A stretch of 64,000 nucleotides of DNA, from the NCBI GenBank assembly GCA_050115495.1, contig JASFQK010000031.1:19113-83112 (forward strand), in the 5' to 3' direction. The number at the start of each line of letters is the position of its first letter. Position 1 is the stretch's first letter. The translations under genes and the position numbers were made by a program. This DNA comes from Phycisphaerae bacterium (GTDB taxonomy: Bacteria > Planctomycetota > Phycisphaerae > UBA1845 > Fen-1342). Below are positions 45,940 through 54,857 of this stretch, piece by piece. The notes under the pieces are model-generated. The model saw only the letters and a list, made by a program, of their open reading frames with translations, was not told the DNA's origin and made no database searches.

Positions 45940-46057
45940 GGACACACTTACTCCGCAAAGCCCCAGTGTAGCGGTATCGCGGCCCGTGTGGCGGATCTTG
46001 GCGCCACCGGCAGTGGTGATGTATCCTGCTGTCAACGATCCACCCGGAGAGGCCGCT

Positions 46058-46621
46058 TTGTCCAAGACCATCCTGCTGCTGTCCGCCGCCACGTGCCTGC
46101 TCGCCGGCGGTTCCCTGCTGCTCACGGGCTGTTTCGGCGCCAGCGACAACGGCGGCGGTGCCGGCACCGGCGACAACAACCGCCGCGCCAGCGACGCCGC
46201 CCGCTCGTATCCGCTCGACTCCCTCGCGACGGCGACCATCTCCGTCGACGGCCACGATTTCCGTGTCTGGCTCGCGCAGGAGGCCGACACCAGCCGTCCC
46301 GGCGTCGTCCAGGAAGGCCTGATGCACGTCCCGGCCGACGAGATCGAAGACGACCAGGGCATGCTCTTCGTGTTCTCGGACGAACGTCTGCGCAGCTTCT
46401 GGATGCTCAACACCATCACCCCCCTGGACATCGCCTTCGCCCGCTACGACGGCACCATTGTGAAGATCTGGCAGATGCCCCCGCAAACGCTCCAGACCTT
46501 CTCCTCGATCGAGCCGGCGATGTTCGCCCTCGAGGTCAAACAGGGCACTTTCGCCCGCCTCGGCATCGCCGAAGGCGACCGCCTCACCATTCCGGACACA
46601 GTATTCAAGACCGCTCCGTAG
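46058..46621 (+). CDS. DUF192 family lipoprotein
   Basis: TTG start after GGAGAGG; lipobox LLTG-C; GLM...GMLFVF...FWMLNTITPLDIAF...ALEVKQG. Confidence 0.88.
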   Translation: MSKTILLLSAATCLLAGGSLLLTGCFGASDNGGGAGTGDNNRRASDAARSYPLDSLATATISVDGHDFRVWLAQEADTSRPGVVQEGLMHVPADEIEDDQGMLFVFSDERLRSFWMLNTITPLDIAFARYDGTIVKIWQMPPQTLQTFSSIEPAMFALEVKQGTFARLGIAEGDRLTIPDTVFKTAP

Positions 46622-46726
46622 GCCGACGAAGGGGTGGTAGCGGGTCAGACGGGGCTAGCGCCCCGCCCGCGCTGGCTGTCCGATAACAGCCGACCACGAG
46701 TCCGCGCCCCTCGATGCGGTCGCCAG

Positions 46727-47914
46727 ATGAACTCCGCTGCCCAACTCCTGGTGTTCGACGCTGCTCCCGAGCAGGCCCAGGCCCTATGCCGCCGACTCGC
46801 CCGACAGGGCTGCTCCGCCGAGTGCTTGGCACTGGCGGCGGCGAACGAAAACCTCGGTAGTTCGAGGCCCGACCTGGCGGTCATTGTCGCCGGCAGCGGC
46901 ATGGACGAGCCGGCGGGCGAGCGTGCGGCGAAGCTGGTCGAGAAGCTGTCTGAGGGGAAGATCCCGACGGTGGTGTGGGGGCAGTCCGATAACTCTAAGG
47001 ACCTCTCCGGCCCGCTCGTCCAGTGGCTTGACCCGACCGTCACACTCGACGAGGTCGTCGGCCGACTGACCACCCTCGCCCACTACGCTCCCCTCGTGCG
47101 CCAACTCGAACGCGAGCTCGACCACGTGCACCGCCTTGGCGGCCAGCTCAACCGCTACTTCAGCGAGATCGACCAGGAGATGCGTCTGGCCGGCCAACTT
47201 CAGCGGGACTTCCTGCCCGCAAAGTTACCGGACGTCTCCAACGTCCGCTTCGCCGCCCTCTACCGACCGGCGAGTTGGGTCAGTGGCGACATGTACGACG
47301 CCTTCCGCATCGACGAGGACCACGTGGGCGTGTTCATCGCCGACGCGATGGGCCACGGCGTCGCCGCCGGCCTGTTAACCATGTTTCTGCGTCACGCCCT
47401 GCTGCCCAAGCAGATCGAGCGTGACAGCTATCGGGTCGTCAAGCCGACAGAGGCGATGACCGACCTGCACGAGTGCCTCGTCCGCCAGAGACTGCCGCAC
47501 TGCCAGTTCGTCACCGCGGCCTACGGCGTCTACTGCGCCCCGGAGCGCGAGCTGCGCCTCGCTCGCGGCGGGCATCCGCATCCGCTGCTCGTGCGGACCG
47601 ACGGAACGATCGAGCCAATCATGGTCGGCGGCAGCCTGCTCGGCCTGCCCGACCTGCCCGCCGAGTTCGAGGAGGTTCGCCTCAAGCTGACGCCCGGCGA
47701 GAAGGTCATTTTCTTCACGGACGGGCTGGAGGACGACTTCTTCGTACCGACGAAGCAAGGCGCCAATCCGCAGGAGCTTGCGCCCCGGCTGCGCGAGTGG
47801 GCAAAGCACGGCGCGCACGCCCTGGTCGAGCGGGTCACCGAGTACCTGGACACGAAGGAAGGCTCGCTGCACCCCGCGGACGACGTCACACTCCTGGTCC
47901 TCGAAGCCAGCTAG
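46727..47914 (+). CDS. PP2C/SpoIIE (RsbU-like) phosphatase with degenerate N-terminal input domain
   Basis: AGQLQRDFLP; VSGDMYD; IADAMGHG; FVTA; GGHP; FTDGL; DDVTLL. Confidence 0.92.
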   Translation: MNSAAQLLVFDAAPEQAQALCRRLARQGCSAECLALAAANENLGSSRPDLAVIVAGSGMDEPAGERAAKLVEKLSEGKIPTVVWGQSDNSKDLSGPLVQWLDPTVTLDEVVGRLTTLAHYAPLVRQLERELDHVHRLGGQLNRYFSEIDQEMRLAGQLQRDFLPAKLPDVSNVRFAALYRPASWVSGDMYDAFRIDEDHVGVFIADAMGHGVAAGLLTMFLRHALLPKQIERDSYRVVKPTEAMTDLHECLVRQRLPHCQFVTAAYGVYCAPERELRLARGGHPHPLLVRTDGTIEPIMVGGSLLGLPDLPAEFEEVRLKLTPGEKVIFFTDGLEDDFFVPTKQGANPQELAPRLREWAKHGAHALVERVTEYLDTKEGSLHPADDVTLLVLEAS

Positions 47915-47916
47915 CC

Positions 47917-47997
47917 GAAAAAGGGGACTGGCTCCGCGCCCGCAGAAGGCTCAGAACACCAAGCGTCCCCCGCAGCGCGGTGCCTGTCCCCTTCTTC
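47917..47997. repeat. Inverted-repeat element after the phosphatase gene
   Basis: AAGGGGACTGGCTCCGCGC ... GCGCGGTGCCTGTCCCCTT, imperfect 19-bp arms. Confidence 0.6.
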
Positions 47998-48073
47998 ATC
48001 GCGCCCTCCCCCCTTTGCCAATCTCCGCCATAGCAGCTACAAAACCCGCCAGAAACCAAGCGGGAGACGCAAC

Positions 48074-48547
48074 GTGCACCTGCGCGCCGCCGGCCACGCC
48101 GACCGGAGTTGGATCCAGCAGACGCTCACCGAGGAATGGGGGGACTACCGCGTCGTTGTCCGCGGCGTGCTGATGGACAGCCTGGTCCTGCCGGCGGTCA
48201 TCGTCGAGGAGGATGGCCGGCCCTGCGGGCTGATGACCTACGAGGCCCGCGGCGTCGAGTGGGAGATCGTGACGCTGAACGCCCTCACGCCGCAGCGGGG
48301 CATGGGGACGGCGATGGTCGAGCACCTGGCGGAGCGGGCCCGGCGGGCAGGCGCCCAGCGGCTCGTGGTCGAGACGTCGAACGACAACATGAACGCCCTG
48401 CGGTTCTACCAGCGGCGGGGGTTCGAGCTGACGCGTGTACGACCGGGGGCGCTGGTGGAGGCCCGCCGACTCAAGCCGGCCCTGCCGATGACGGGCACGT
48501 TCGGCATCCCCCTCCGTGACGAGATCCAACTGGTTCGGCCCCTGTAG
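48074..48547 (+). CDS. GNAT family N-acetyltransferase
   Basis: QRGMGTAMV (AcCoA motif A); NDNMNALRFYQRRGF. Confidence 0.92.
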   Translation: MHLRAAGHADRSWIQQTLTEEWGDYRVVVRGVLMDSLVLPAVIVEEDGRPCGLMTYEARGVEWEIVTLNALTPQRGMGTAMVEHLAERARRAGAQRLVVETSNDNMNALRFYQRRGFELTRVRPGALVEARRLKPALPMTGTFGIPLRDEIQLVRPL

Positions 48548-48632
48548 CCCCCCTCCCCCGGGGGCGCCGGTCCGCAGCGGCGAGGTCTACAGGCACGTCC
48601 GCGTCTCGCGCAACGGCCAAGTCCGCGTCTCT

Positions 48633-48839
48633 TAGTCCCGTAGGGACGACTGATTGTAGCCCAGCACGCAGTGCTGGGTTTCGGCGGGACGCTCCCTCCC
48701 CCGAGTCCCGTAGGGACGGCTGAAGGTTGTGTTGCGCAGCGTCGCGCTCAGCCGTCCCTACGGGACTAGATTGTCGGGAAGGCCCATCGGAGTCCCAGCA
48801 GTTCCTGCTGGGCTACAATCATTCGTCCCTACGGGACTA
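48633..48839. mobile_element. REPIN/MITE-like element with four GTCCCGTAGGGAC units
   Basis: Outer 34-bp inverted repeat (48633-48666 / 48806-48839, 1 mismatch) and inner perfect 20-bp inverted repeat (48704-48723 / 48748-48767); non-coding. Confidence 0.8.
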
Positions 48840-48986
48840 GGTCGTTCCGAACCAGAGACTGTCGGCATCTGCCGTGCGTCCTGGGCTTTGAGGGGACATC
48901 CTATCCCGGTCGTCGCCCCCGGTCCTGGCCTCTCCTGGGGGCGCCGGAATGGTGAAAACCGGGTCGCGTTGCGATACACTGCCGGG

Positions 48987-50411
48987 ATGTTTGACCAACT
49001 CAGCGAGAAGCTTAACGGCGTCTTCCGCAGTATCCGCGGGCGCGGGCGCATCACCGAGGCCAACGTCCGGGAGGCCATGCGCGAGATCCGCACCGCCCTG
49101 CTCGAGGCCGACGTCCACGTTCAGGTCGCCCGCAAGTTCTGCGACGACTGCCAGGAGAAGGCCATCGGCATGCGGGTGCTCGACACCCTGCGGCCGGAAC
49201 AGGTCATGGTCAAGGTCGTGCACGACGAGCTCGTGCAGATCATGGGCCCGATCGAGACACGCATCCCCTTCGTCTCCCGCCCGCCGACGGTCATCCTCAT
49301 GGCCGGCCTGCAAGGCTCCGGCAAGACGACCACCTGCGCCAAGCTCGCCCGCTACTGCATGCAGAAGGGCAAGAAGCCCCTGCTGACCGCGGCCGACCTC
49401 AAGCGCCCGGCGGCCATCGACCAGCTCGAAGTCCTCGGCGAGCAGGTCGGCGTGCCGGTCTACACCGAGCGCGACCACCAGAACGCCGTCAAGGTCTGCC
49501 GCAACGCCCTCCTCGCCTCGCGCAAGCTCGACCGCGACGTCGTCATCCTCGACACCGCCGGCCGGCTGGCGATCGACGAGGAGATGATGAACGAGGTGTC
49601 GCAGATCGCCAACGCGACCCAGCCGCACCAGATCTACCTCGTCCTCGACGCCATGACCGGCCAGGACGCCGTCAACACGGCCAAGGCCTTCGACGAGCGG
49701 CTCGAGCTCGACGGGGCGATCCTGACGAAGTTCGACTCCGACACGCGCGGCGGGGCCGCCCTCTCCGTCAAGCAGGTCATCGGCAAGCCCATCAAGTTCA
49801 TCGGCGTCGGCGAGAAGCTGGACGCCATCGAGGAGTTTCACCCGGACCGCGTCGCCGGCCGCATCCTGGGCATGGGCGACGTCGTCGGCCTGGTCGAGAA
49901 AGCGCAGGCCCAGTTCGACGAGAAGGAAGCCCTCGAACAACAGAAGAAGATGGAGAAGGGCACCTTCGGGTTCGACGACTTCCTGTCGCAGCTCGAAAAG
50001 TTCCGCAAGATGGGCCCGATGAAGCAGATCCTCAAGATGATCCCCGGGATCGGCTCGGCCATCGGCGATATGGAGATGCCCGAGGAGGATCTCAACCGCT
50101 TCCGCGGCATCATCCACTCCATGACGGCGCGTGAACGCCGCAACCCGGAGGTCATCGAGGCCTCCCGCCGCCGGCGGATCGCCCGCGGGGCAGGCGTCGA
50201 GCCGCAGGACGTCAGCGGGCTGGTGAAGCAGTTCACGCAGATGCGTGGCATGATGAAGCAGATGGCCGGCCTGGGCATGCGCGACCGCATGAAGTTCGCC
50301 CAGCAGATGGGGCAGGCGGGCATGATGGATGGGCACATGCCGAAGATGAAGAAGGGCACCACGAAGTACAACCCCCAGCGTGACAAGAAGCGCCGCCGCC
50401 GCAAGCGGTAG
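48987..50411 (+). CDS. ffh: Signal recognition particle protein
   Basis: MFDQLSEKL; ALLEADV; GLQGSGKTT; DTAGR; TKFD; RILGMGD; Met-rich M domain. Confidence 0.97.
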   Translation: MFDQLSEKLNGVFRSIRGRGRITEANVREAMREIRTALLEADVHVQVARKFCDDCQEKAIGMRVLDTLRPEQVMVKVVHDELVQIMGPIETRIPFVSRPPTVILMAGLQGSGKTTTCAKLARYCMQKGKKPLLTAADLKRPAAIDQLEVLGEQVGVPVYTERDHQNAVKVCRNALLASRKLDRDVVILDTAGRLAIDEEMMNEVSQIANATQPHQIYLVLDAMTGQDAVNTAKAFDERLELDGAILTKFDSDTRGGAALSVKQVIGKPIKFIGVGEKLDAIEEFHPDRVAGRILGMGDVVGLVEKAQAQFDEKEALEQQKKMEKGTFGFDDFLSQLEKFRKMGPMKQILKMIPGIGSAIGDMEMPEEDLNRFRGIIHSMTARERRNPEVIEASRRRRIARGAGVEPQDVSGLVKQFTQMRGMMKQMAGLGMRDRMKFAQQMGQAGMMDGHMPKMKKGTTKYNPQRDKKRRRRKR

Positions 50412-50474
50412 GGTCTGCTCCGCCCGGCGCGTCGTTCTGCGCACAGGTGGCGCGTTTCCGGCAATGGAACAAAC

Positions 50475-50495
50475 GGCGGGTGAAACCCGCCCTAC
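50475..50495 (-). repeat. GTAG-type REP
   Basis: Minus strand GTAG-GGCGGG-TTTCA-CCCGCC. Confidence 0.6.
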
Positions 50496-50549
50496 CCCTT
50501 CGCTCCGGCGAGTTTGCTCCGCTGGCGAACCGCGGCCGGCTCGGGGACG

Positions 50550-51821
50550 ATGTGCCCCATGTCGGGCCCGAAACGCATTATCCAGTTCCTCGGTCTGCGC
50601 CAGAGCATCGTCGGCCTGCTCGCCATGGTCGTGCTCGTCGGCGTCGGCGAACGACTGGCCGAACGCTTCCTGCCCATCTACCTCATCGCCCTCGGCGGTG
50701 GGGCGCTTTCCATCGGCGTGCTCAACGGCCTCGACAACCTGCTGTCGGCCCTCTACTCCCTGCCCGGCGGGTACCTCGCCCAGCGCCTCGGCACCAAACG
50801 AGCCCTGCTGCTGTTCAACCTCGTCGCCGCCGTGGGGTTCATGATCGTCATCCTCGTCCCCGCTTGGCCGGCCGTGCTCGTCGGAGCGCTGTTCTTCCTG
50901 TCCTGGACGGCAATCTCGCTGCCGGCCACGATGGAGCTCGTCGCCCGCGTCCTGCCGCCGGCCAAGCGGACGATGGGCGTGTCGATGCACTCGCTCGTCC
51001 GGCGGATTCCGATGGCACTCGGGCCGATCATCGGCGGAGCGTTCATCGACGCGTGGGGGCCGATCACGGGCGTGCGGCTGGCGTTCGGGGCGGCGCTGGC
51101 CATGGCTCTGCTCGCCGTCGTGCTCCAGCAGACCCTCATCGAGGACGACCGCGCTACGCCGGGTGGACGGCCCGTGCCGCGCGGCAACCCGCTGCGGCTG
51201 ATCCGCAACCTCGATCCTGCCTTGCGCAACCTGCTGGTCGCCGACATTCTCGTACGCTTCTGCGAGCAGATCCCCTACGCGTTCGTCGTGGTCTGGTGCC
51301 TGCGCACCGTCGCCGCCCCGGTGACGGCGGTGCAGTTCGGCCTGCTGACGACGGTCGAGATGGCCACTGCCATGTTGATCTACGTGCCCGTGGCCTGGCT
51401 CGCCGACCGTAGCACGAAGAAGCCGTTCGTGGTGATGACGTTCGGCTTCTTCACGCTGTTTCCGCTGGTGCTGTTGGCGTGTCAGTCGTTCTGGCCGCTG
51501 GTGGTGGCGTTTGTGCTGCGCGGGCTGAAGGAGTTCGGCGAGCCGACGCGCAAAGCGCTGATCATGGATCTCGCCCCGGAAGACGCCAAAGCCGTGACGT
51601 TCGGGGTGTATTACCTGGCGCGGGATACGATCGTGTCACTCGCCGCGTTCGGCGGGGCCGCGCTCTGGATGATCGGGCCCGAGGTCAACCTGCTGGTGGC
51701 TTTCGGTTGCGGTGTGGCCGGCACGGTCTGGTTCGCCGTGCGCGGTCGCGACCTGAGCGCGGCGCGGCCACCAGCGCCACAGTCCGCCCACCAGCAGGGC
51801 GAACAACACGAGAACGGGTAG
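50550..51821 (+). CDS. MFS transporter
   Basis: About 12 hydrophobic segments; motif A variants GGYLAQRLGTKR and AWLADRSTKK. Confidence 0.9.
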   Translation: MCPMSGPKRIIQFLGLRQSIVGLLAMVVLVGVGERLAERFLPIYLIALGGGALSIGVLNGLDNLLSALYSLPGGYLAQRLGTKRALLLFNLVAAVGFMIVILVPAWPAVLVGALFFLSWTAISLPATMELVARVLPPAKRTMGVSMHSLVRRIPMALGPIIGGAFIDAWGPITGVRLAFGAALAMALLAVVLQQTLIEDDRATPGGRPVPRGNPLRLIRNLDPALRNLLVADILVRFCEQIPYAFVVVWCLRTVAAPVTAVQFGLLTTVEMATAMLIYVPVAWLADRSTKKPFVVMTFGFFTLFPLVLLACQSFWPLVVAFVLRGLKEFGEPTRKALIMDLAPEDAKAVTFGVYYLARDTIVSLAAFGGAALWMIGPEVNLLVAFGCGVAGTVWFAVRGRDLSAARPPAPQSAHQQGEQHENG

Positions 51822-53270
51822 CGTGTAGTTGGTCACCCACGGCTCCACCAGGGCGAAGTTGTGGGCGCACAGCCGGTACGTGCCGAAGAGGTTGGCGGCC
51901 ACGGCGAGCACAGTCAGGACGTAGCCGATCGCCGTCAGCCGTCCGTTCATACCGATCGCCGCCAGGAGCAATAGCAGTGGCATGACGTCGAGCAGGTAGC
52001 GTGGCCCGAACTGCACGTAGCCGGTGGCGAAGTACAGCAGGAGCGCCACCAGCAGCGGCAGCAGGCCGGCGAGCAGGGCCAGTATGAACGAGCTTCGCCG
52101 CCGCCAGCAGAGCAGCGCGTAGAGCAGTGGCGGCGTGACAAGGAACAGGCTGTTGCCTTCGCGGTCAAACCAGCGGGTGCCGTCCTCGGCGAGGGGGAAA
52201 TCCCAGTTCACGAAGTAGTGCTTGAGGTTGTGCGGCACGTAGTGCAGCGAGAAGAAGCCGTAGGTTTCGTACGCTTCACGGAAGCGGGGCTGGCCGCCGG
52301 TCTCGACCTGGATGCGCAGGCCGCTCTCCAGCGGGTCGCCGAAACGGGCGTAGTTGTAGGTGAACTGCGTGGCGACGGCGGTGGCGGCGGGGAGCGTGAA
52401 GAGCGCCGCGCGCCACACGAACGCCCGCCAGCGCGAGGCGATGCTCGCCGGCAAGCGCAGCCAGATGAGGGCGATGAAGAACAGGCCGGTCAGGGCGACG
52501 ATGTTCCGCCCGAGGATCGCCGTTCCGAACAGCGCGCCGGCAACGAGCCACGGCCATGCCGCCGGCGAGGGTGTGCACGCGGCGAGCAGCGCCCCGAGCA
52601 TCGCCGTCAGCGTGACGACCTCCACCGCGAACCACACCTGCGCCGTGCACGTCAGCCAGAAGTGTGACGTGCCGAAGGCCAGGAGCAGAGTCAGGGCCAC
52701 GCGGCAGCGCTCGTCGAGCCGGACGAGGCCGATGGCAGAGACACGGTGCAGCAGCCAGTAGAACAGGCCGACGTTTAGCGCTCCGAACAGCGCGTTGATC
52801 AGCGTGTCGCTCACGTCGAGGCCGAACAGGGCAACGAACGGCATGGCCACGACCGCGGCCAGCGGGGCCCAGTAGCCGTAGATGTGGCCGTCGTGATCGG
52901 CCCAATCGGACATGATGACGCCGAGGGCGTGCTCCTGAATCTGCCGGGCTCGCGCCTCCGGATCGAGCGTTTGGCCGGTGTTCCTGGCCTGCCAGTCGAG
53001 GGCGGCGGCGACCTCGGCAGCGACCTGCACGTACTTGTGCCGCAAAGCCTCATCGCGAACCGCCAACTGCCCGTGCAGCATGGCGTCGGCCATGAGGATG
53101 TGATGGGCGTAGTTCGTCTGGCGGTACTCGAAGATGAAGCTGCCGGTGATCAGCAGGTACACGAAGCCGGCGAGCAGGCCGAGCGCTACGGCCCGGCTGG
53201 CGATCGCGTGACCGCCGAATGCGGGCGATTGTGGCGGGCTGTGCTCAGCTGGCGTCGGCTGCGCGGGCAT
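51636..53270 (-). CDS. Polytopic membrane protein, possible GT-C glycosyltransferase
   Basis: Multiple TMs; YNYARFGDPLESG; QFGPRYLLDVMP; AGAGGA RBS before the ATG at 53270. Confidence 0.65.
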   Translation of the reverse strand: MPAQPTPAEHSPPQSPAFGGHAIASRAVALGLLAGFVYLLITGSFIFEYRQTNYAHHILMADAMLHGQLAVRDEALRHKYVQVAAEVAAALDWQARNTGQTLDPEARARQIQEHALGVIMSDWADHDGHIYGYWAPLAAVVAMPFVALFGLDVSDTLINALFGALNVGLFYWLLHRVSAIGLVRLDERCRVALTLLLAFGTSHFWLTCTAQVWFAVEVVTLTAMLGALLAACTPSPAAWPWLVAGALFGTAILGRNIVALTGLFFIALIWLRLPASIASRWRAFVWRAALFTLPAATAVATQFTYNYARFGDPLESGLRIQVETGGQPRFREAYETYGFFSLHYVPHNLKHYFVNWDFPLAEDGTRWFDREGNSLFLVTPPLLYALLCWRRRSSFILALLAGLLPLLVALLLYFATGYVQFGPRYLLDVMPLLLLLAAIGMNGRLTAIGYVLTVLAVAANLFGTYRLCAHNFALVEPWVTNYTLPVLVLFALLVGGLWRWWPRRAQVATAHGEPDRAGHTATESHQQVDLGPDHPERGPAERGE

Positions 53271-53511
53271 GGCGTCCTCTGGCGGCGGTGCGGCTCGCGG
53301 CCGCTGTTCGCCACGGGGCGTATTCTTCGATGCGGCGTGCGGGCCGTCAAACCGGCCGGGTCGGCGGGCTGCGGCACAGATGTTCGTTGACAAACGGGTG
53401 GCGAAATCGCGACAATCGGCAGCGTCCTCGCGCTGGTCACATCATCTCGGCGCGGGGAGCCGACACGGGCCGCCGGCGAGGCGGTGTCGGGAAGGCACAG
53501 GAGGAGTGGGC

Positions 53512-54213
53512 ATGTCCAGATTCATCGGTCTAACTCTGTTTGTCGGGTTGGTCCTGGTCGGCTCCGCCGCCGGGGACTTTCAGTACGTGGAGCGGTATAG
53601 CTCGGCCAGCATCTACGGCGAGATCGACGGGGCCCCGCCGCCGAACGACTGGTTCTCGGACGGGGCGAGCACGAGCGGCTTCGGGCCGTTCACGGGGCAG
53701 TTCGAGGACGAGATTGCGTGGGGCGGCGTGACGGTCGGAGGGAGCGCGGAGCAGAACTCCTGGTTGCAGCCGGCGGTGATCACGTGCGACGGCGAGGCGT
53801 TCGCCGAGATCGACGCGCCCGCCCTGACCGAGGCCTACGCCGAGTCGACGAGCATGCTGGAGGTCGTCTTCGACCTCTCGGCAGCGACGCCGGTGGAGCT
53901 GACCGGGCACATGTACCTGCCGCCGGGCATGGGTCCGCCGGACGTCGACAACTCGGTGACGCTGGAGCAGCAGATCGGCGGCGGCTGGACCACGCTGTAC
54001 GAGGTGATGTACGAGAACGACGTCGATTATGCGGCGACGCTGGTGCCGGGCCGCTATCGCCTGAACGTCTTCGCACAGGTGGCCGTGGATGCGGCCACCG
54101 TGGAACCGCCGCTCATCGGGGCGGCGTTCTACGAGGTGAGCATGCACATCGTCCCCGAACCGGCGGCGCTGGCGCTGCCGGTGCTGGCCGTACCGCTGTT
54201 GCGGCGACGGTAG
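53512..54213 (+). CDS. PEP-CTERM surface protein
   Basis: GGAGGAG RBS; signal peptide; C-terminal VPEPAALALPVLAVPLLRRR; TTGACA-18-GACAAT upstream (53387-53416). Confidence 0.88.
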   Translation: MSRFIGLTLFVGLVLVGSAAGDFQYVERYSSASIYGEIDGAPPPNDWFSDGASTSGFGPFTGQFEDEIAWGGVTVGGSAEQNSWLQPAVITCDGEAFAEIDAPALTEAYAESTSMLEVVFDLSAATPVELTGHMYLPPGMGPPDVDNSVTLEQQIGGGWTTLYEVMYENDVDYAATLVPGRYRLNVFAQVAVDAATVEPPLIGAAFYEVSMHIVPEPAALALPVLAVPLLRRR

Positions 54214-54532
54214 CGGGCCCGCAGGGTCGCTGGCGGCTGCGGGGATCGCTGGCGGTTGCGGAGATGGGCGGGGCCGGCGGACGGGTCACACCGCCGGCCC
54301 CCTGGGGGGGACGCCGCAGCAAAACCGCCGGCGGGCGAGCGGGGGCGTTGGTCCAGGCGGCTTGATGACGACGTCGATCCGCTGCGGTCGACGGCTCCAG
54401 CTCGAGCACGGGACGGGCTCGCGGGACGGGCGACGAGGGCGGGATCTCGCCGCATGGCCCGGTAACTCCGGCGGACGGTTCAGTTGCAGGGGCCTTGCGG
54501 CGGGGGTTAGAATCCATAGACGATACAGCCCG

Positions 54533-54619
<87 letters not shown>

Positions 54620-54628
54620 TTCACGAGC

Positions 54629-54670
54629 AAGGGTTGCAGACGCTCATGATCTGAGCGGCTGCAGCCCCTT
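54629..54670 (+). terminator. Hairpin downstream of the tRNA
   Basis: AAGGGTTGCAG-CGCTCA..TGAGCG-CTGCAGCCCCTT imperfect stem. Confidence 0.55.
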
Positions 54671-54750
54671 CGCGTTTCGTGGGGACGATCAGCGCCATAG
54701 AAGGACTGGCCGCGACGAGCAGGGATCGATGGCCCGCGCTTGATCAGCGC

Positions 54751-54791
54751 AAAAAAAGAAACCGCCGCATGTTTTGGTGCGACGGTTTCTT
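54751..54791 (-). terminator. Rho-independent terminator of the ELWxxDGT gene
   Basis: AAGAAACCGTCGCA..TGCGGCGGTTTCTT followed by a T run on the minus strand. Confidence 0.8.
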
Positions 54792-54857
54792 GCAGGCTTG
54801 CGGTGGCTGACGCGGTTCAAGCCGGCGATGGGCAGCTTGAGCGCGGGCGCTTCGGGC

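Noticed and set aside
45940..46431. 164-aa N-terminal extension of TruB in the ORF track; likewise extensions of Ffh (48729), MmdC (34917), MutA (37390), AccA (18142) and the serpin (62060)
   Set aside because: The extensions overlap other genes or repeats or lack family similarity; family-typical N-termini and RBSs lie at the downstream starts.
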